From: a bacterium
Lineage (GTDB): Bacteria; Hinthialibacterota; Hinthialibacteria; Hinthialibacterales; Hinthialibacteraceae
Reading direction: 5' to 3'
Assembly (NCBI GenBank): GCA_963663405.2
Contig: CAXXSM010000115.1
Coordinates: 1-27,710 of the forward strand
Length of the DNA stretch: 27,710 nt
In this document: positions 25,145 through 27,710 of the stretch, piece by piece
Numbering within the stretch: position 1 is the stretch's first letter
How the letters are laid out: each line of letters opens with the position of its first letter
Translations under genes and position numbers: made by a program
Notes under the pieces: model-generated
Database searches by the model: none
Told to the model about the DNA's origin: nothing
What the model saw: the letters and a program-made list of their open reading frames with translations, nothing else

Positions 25145-26800
25145 TCATTTCCTCAAATAGTAAGTCTTAGTCAATTCTTGTATTTTTTGTTGATAATAAT
25201 TTTGTAGAGATTCTCCTTCCTTTATTTCCGCTGCAAGGCCGGTATGTAATTGAGCGCCCGTGTAAACCACATTCTTTGCAGCGCCAATTTTAACAAGGTA
25301 TTTCTCATCCATTTTTACAGTAAACCATTCTGGCAGTGTATTCATGCGGGGGCCAATCGTGTTGGAATCCCATGTGAATTTTATGACGGGGAATGTCAAA
25401 TTCCAAAACGCCTTCCCATGGTTTTTTCCGCTTGTAAAACAATGGGCTAGTCCATCGTTATAGGGAGAAGCGCCAAGTTTCAGATCCTTTCTCCAAGGCC
25501 GTGCAAGAACGCCTTGCGTGTGCATTAGGGCATGCATGATCACGGTCCGAACACCGTTCGCTTGCAGTTTCATGGTTCCCCAGAGTTTTGCTGTATCCAG
25601 TGGCTCTGATGAATAGATCACATTATTCGCCATTTCACGATCAATCCAATCCAATCCTTCTTTCACGGGGACACGATTGATCAAGTAAAGCGCTCCCTCG
25701 ATCGAATCGGCGTATCCATCAATCGAGCCTTCCCAGGGATAATCTTTATAATCGGGTTTCATTATATTTGTCAATGTTTTTACGATTTTGGGGCGAAAAT
25801 AGGGCTGACCGATAACCATGTCATAGCAAAGATACGTGACATAATTGTATCCCCAGCCATCACTGAGTTTTCTGTAGTTATCACCAAACGCTTGTTTTTT
25901 CAATTTCGTTGTACATGAAACCGTCTTCGTTGCATCCCCTGCTGAGAATCAGTTCCAGCATCGTCTTGATGCGAGCCGCATATTGTTCAGCTTTTAATGG
26001 ATTGCATTCGGATTCAACGCCTAATAGCAATCCCAATCCACCAATGATTTCGCATCCATGATCACGAAGCCGGTTTGGGAACCATTCTTCATCCGATATA
26101 AAGAATTCTGCGCATCGTTCAGCCCACTCTATATATTTTGGCTCGCCAGTTATTGTAAAAAAGACGTGTCAAAGCTTGGATTTGCTCTCCAATCACTTCT
26201 ACATTCTTCGATGGGATTTTGCCGAATGGAGTGTCAATTCGCGCGTGTTTCCAAATATCGTCTTCAATCGCTCGCATGCGATCAAACCATTCATCCCGTC
26301 CCGTCACTTCAACAATCGCGATAAGGCCGTCCTTTACATATTCCGACGCTTCAAAAATCAGCTGTTCATACTCCAATTCAATCGTCTTTCTATTTTCTAA
26401 GTCGTAAGGCGCGGGAATCCGATCTAGGACATTGCATAATTTTTTCTCGGCGTGAAGCACGTCCCGGACAGGGCCATTCAGGACGTCACGATCGACAGCC
26501 CAGGCCGCCCAGGTCAAGAAAGGATAACAGTCGGCCGCCGTATCACGATAGTTCCATTTTTCATCCGCAATGTAGAGATTTGTCTGAGGATCGATTTTAG
26601 GCAGGGCCGCTTCATGAAGCCATCGTTGCACTTTGCTTAAGGAATATCCGGCAATAGCGGCGGATTTTGACGCGTTTTTGGAACGCGATGTTTAAATCAT
26701 TAATCGGCTGACTATTTGAAATCGATAATTGTGGAACAAGAATCATGCAAAACAAGAGGATCAAAGCTAAAAGACGAAACTTACATGTTAGGGAATTCAT
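25145..26800 (-). pseudogene. secreted hypothetical protein (~540 aa) split by apparent homopolymer frameshifts
   Basis: signal peptide at 26800; consecutive fragments in shifting frames (WNYRDTAADCYPF, LRDHGCEIIGGL, DGWGYNY, DGYADSIEGA, PEWFTV) join when single bases are removed from homopolymer runs; corrected stop may be at 25171. Confidence 0.75.
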
Positions 26801-27184
26801 TAGAGTTACCTTTCTTCTTTCTTATTTTGAATCACTGCAATCAATATTCCATTCTTTGAGTCCAACGTATTGTGTATAAACAAGAGTTTAAATTGGTTAA
26901 GCATACACATTAATATAGATATACAAAATTTACTACCCAGATACGGTTTGAATGTCTTGCAAGACAAAACTTATTTCAATATCGAGCATGGCAAAGTCAT
27001 CAATGACTATATCTATGTTTATACCTCTCAAAACTCTGCTTGTTACTGTTTCGATCTTCTTGAGAACGCTTCCGAATGAAACCGGCTTATAGTATTCTAT
27101 GATTTTAGATCGTTTTATAGATCCATTATGATTGAAAAAAAAGAAAAATTTAATGGAGCTATTCTTTTTGAACAATAAAAAAGG

Positions 27185-27418
27185 CTCATCCGATAAGTGA
27201 GTACTATTTGTAAATGCTACTTCGAATGAGAAAGCATATTCCTCTATCCCCAGGATTGAAATCCTGGGTTATTATCTTTTGTCCCACAAAGACTCCGGCG
27301 CAAGCGCCGGTAGGACATATTATAGTAGCCCAGACTTTTAAGTCTGGGTAAACATGGATACACAATCTTCCATGAAAAGAGAATAATTATTTACATTGTG
27401 TACTCACTTACCGGATGA
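27185..27418. mobile_element. MITE/REPIN-like non-autonomous element
   Basis: terminal IRs 27186-27215 and 27389-27418 (25/30 match); flanking direct repeat ACAATAAAAAAGG (27172-84, 27419-31); internal inverted REP-like hairpins. Confidence 0.75.
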
Positions 27419-27440
27419 ACAATAAAAAAGGAGTTTCAGG

Positions 27441-27710
27441 ATGATTCAACGATTGAACTCAATTCACTTATTCCGCTTTACCTTTATTATTCTGCTTTGC
27501 TACCCAATTCTCAGTTATTCGCAAGATGGGGAATATATTGAATTGTATGTGAATGATCCACCTATTGTTGCAGAATTCACGAACGGGGATCATTTTGATT
27601 GGTATTCATTTCGCACGACGACTGAAGGTTCATATACAGTAGAAACGTACCAAACGCAATATCAATCTCCGATTGATACGTTTATGACGCTATACGACTC
27701 CAGTCATGGA
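27441..27710 (+). CDS. secreted protein with PPC (pre-peptidase C-terminal)-like domain, 5' part only
   Basis: RBS AAGGAG; my translation MIQRLNSIHLFRFTFIILLCYPILSYSQDG...DWYSFRTTTEGSYTVET...IDTFMTLYDS; open to the window end. Confidence 0.7.
   Translation, partial: MIQRLNSIHLFRFTFIILLCYPILSYSQDGEYIELYVNDPPIVAEFTNGDHFDWYSFRTTTEGSYTVETYQTQYQSPIDTFMTLYDSSHG

Noticed and set aside
24150-26700. programmed frameshifting or phase variation
   Set aside because: Too many short-run, same-direction indels in two unrelated genes; sequencing error is the simpler explanation.
26870-27175. two short ORFs in AT-rich DNA
   Set aside because: Overlapping on opposite strands, no RBS or motifs; probably a divergent promoter region.

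Overview
Chromosomal window from a flagellated, probably diderm bacterium. An OLB16/Hinthialibacterota- or Sumerlaeota-like candidate lineage is a tentative guess, based only on a remembered C-terminal '...WxLY' motif. Left to right: flgM behind a sigma28-like promoter; a DEAD-box RNA helicase with a ~255-nt leader; an AT-rich toxin-antitoxin patch (addiction-module antitoxin plus decaying RelE/ParE, an orphan HicB-YefM chimeric antitoxin, intact hicBA) with a methyltransferase; a CocE/NonD hydrolase; three GT-C-like membrane proteins (YfhO-like, DUF2723, O-antigen-ligase+TPR); two tandem structured ~80-bp repeats in front of mazEF; a second methyltransferase; a BlaI repressor with a BlaR1-type M56 protease whose sensor is a six-bladed Kelch-like propeller; a minus-strand run (C69 dipeptidase, DUF5060/DUF4038 protein, M20 peptidase, YfhO); tRNA-Arg(CCT); a secreted hypothetical protein; a ~234-bp MITE/REPIN-like element with terminal inverted repeats and a target duplication; and the start of a secreted PPC-domain protein. 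Between ~24.1 and 26.7 kb there are many +1 homopolymer indels that look like assembly errors. Best novelty candidates: the BlaI/M56-Kelch system with a possibly releasable propeller, the covarying tandem RNA-like repeats upstream of mazEF, and the HicB-YefM hybrid antitoxin. All family calls come from motif recognition by eye, not database searches.
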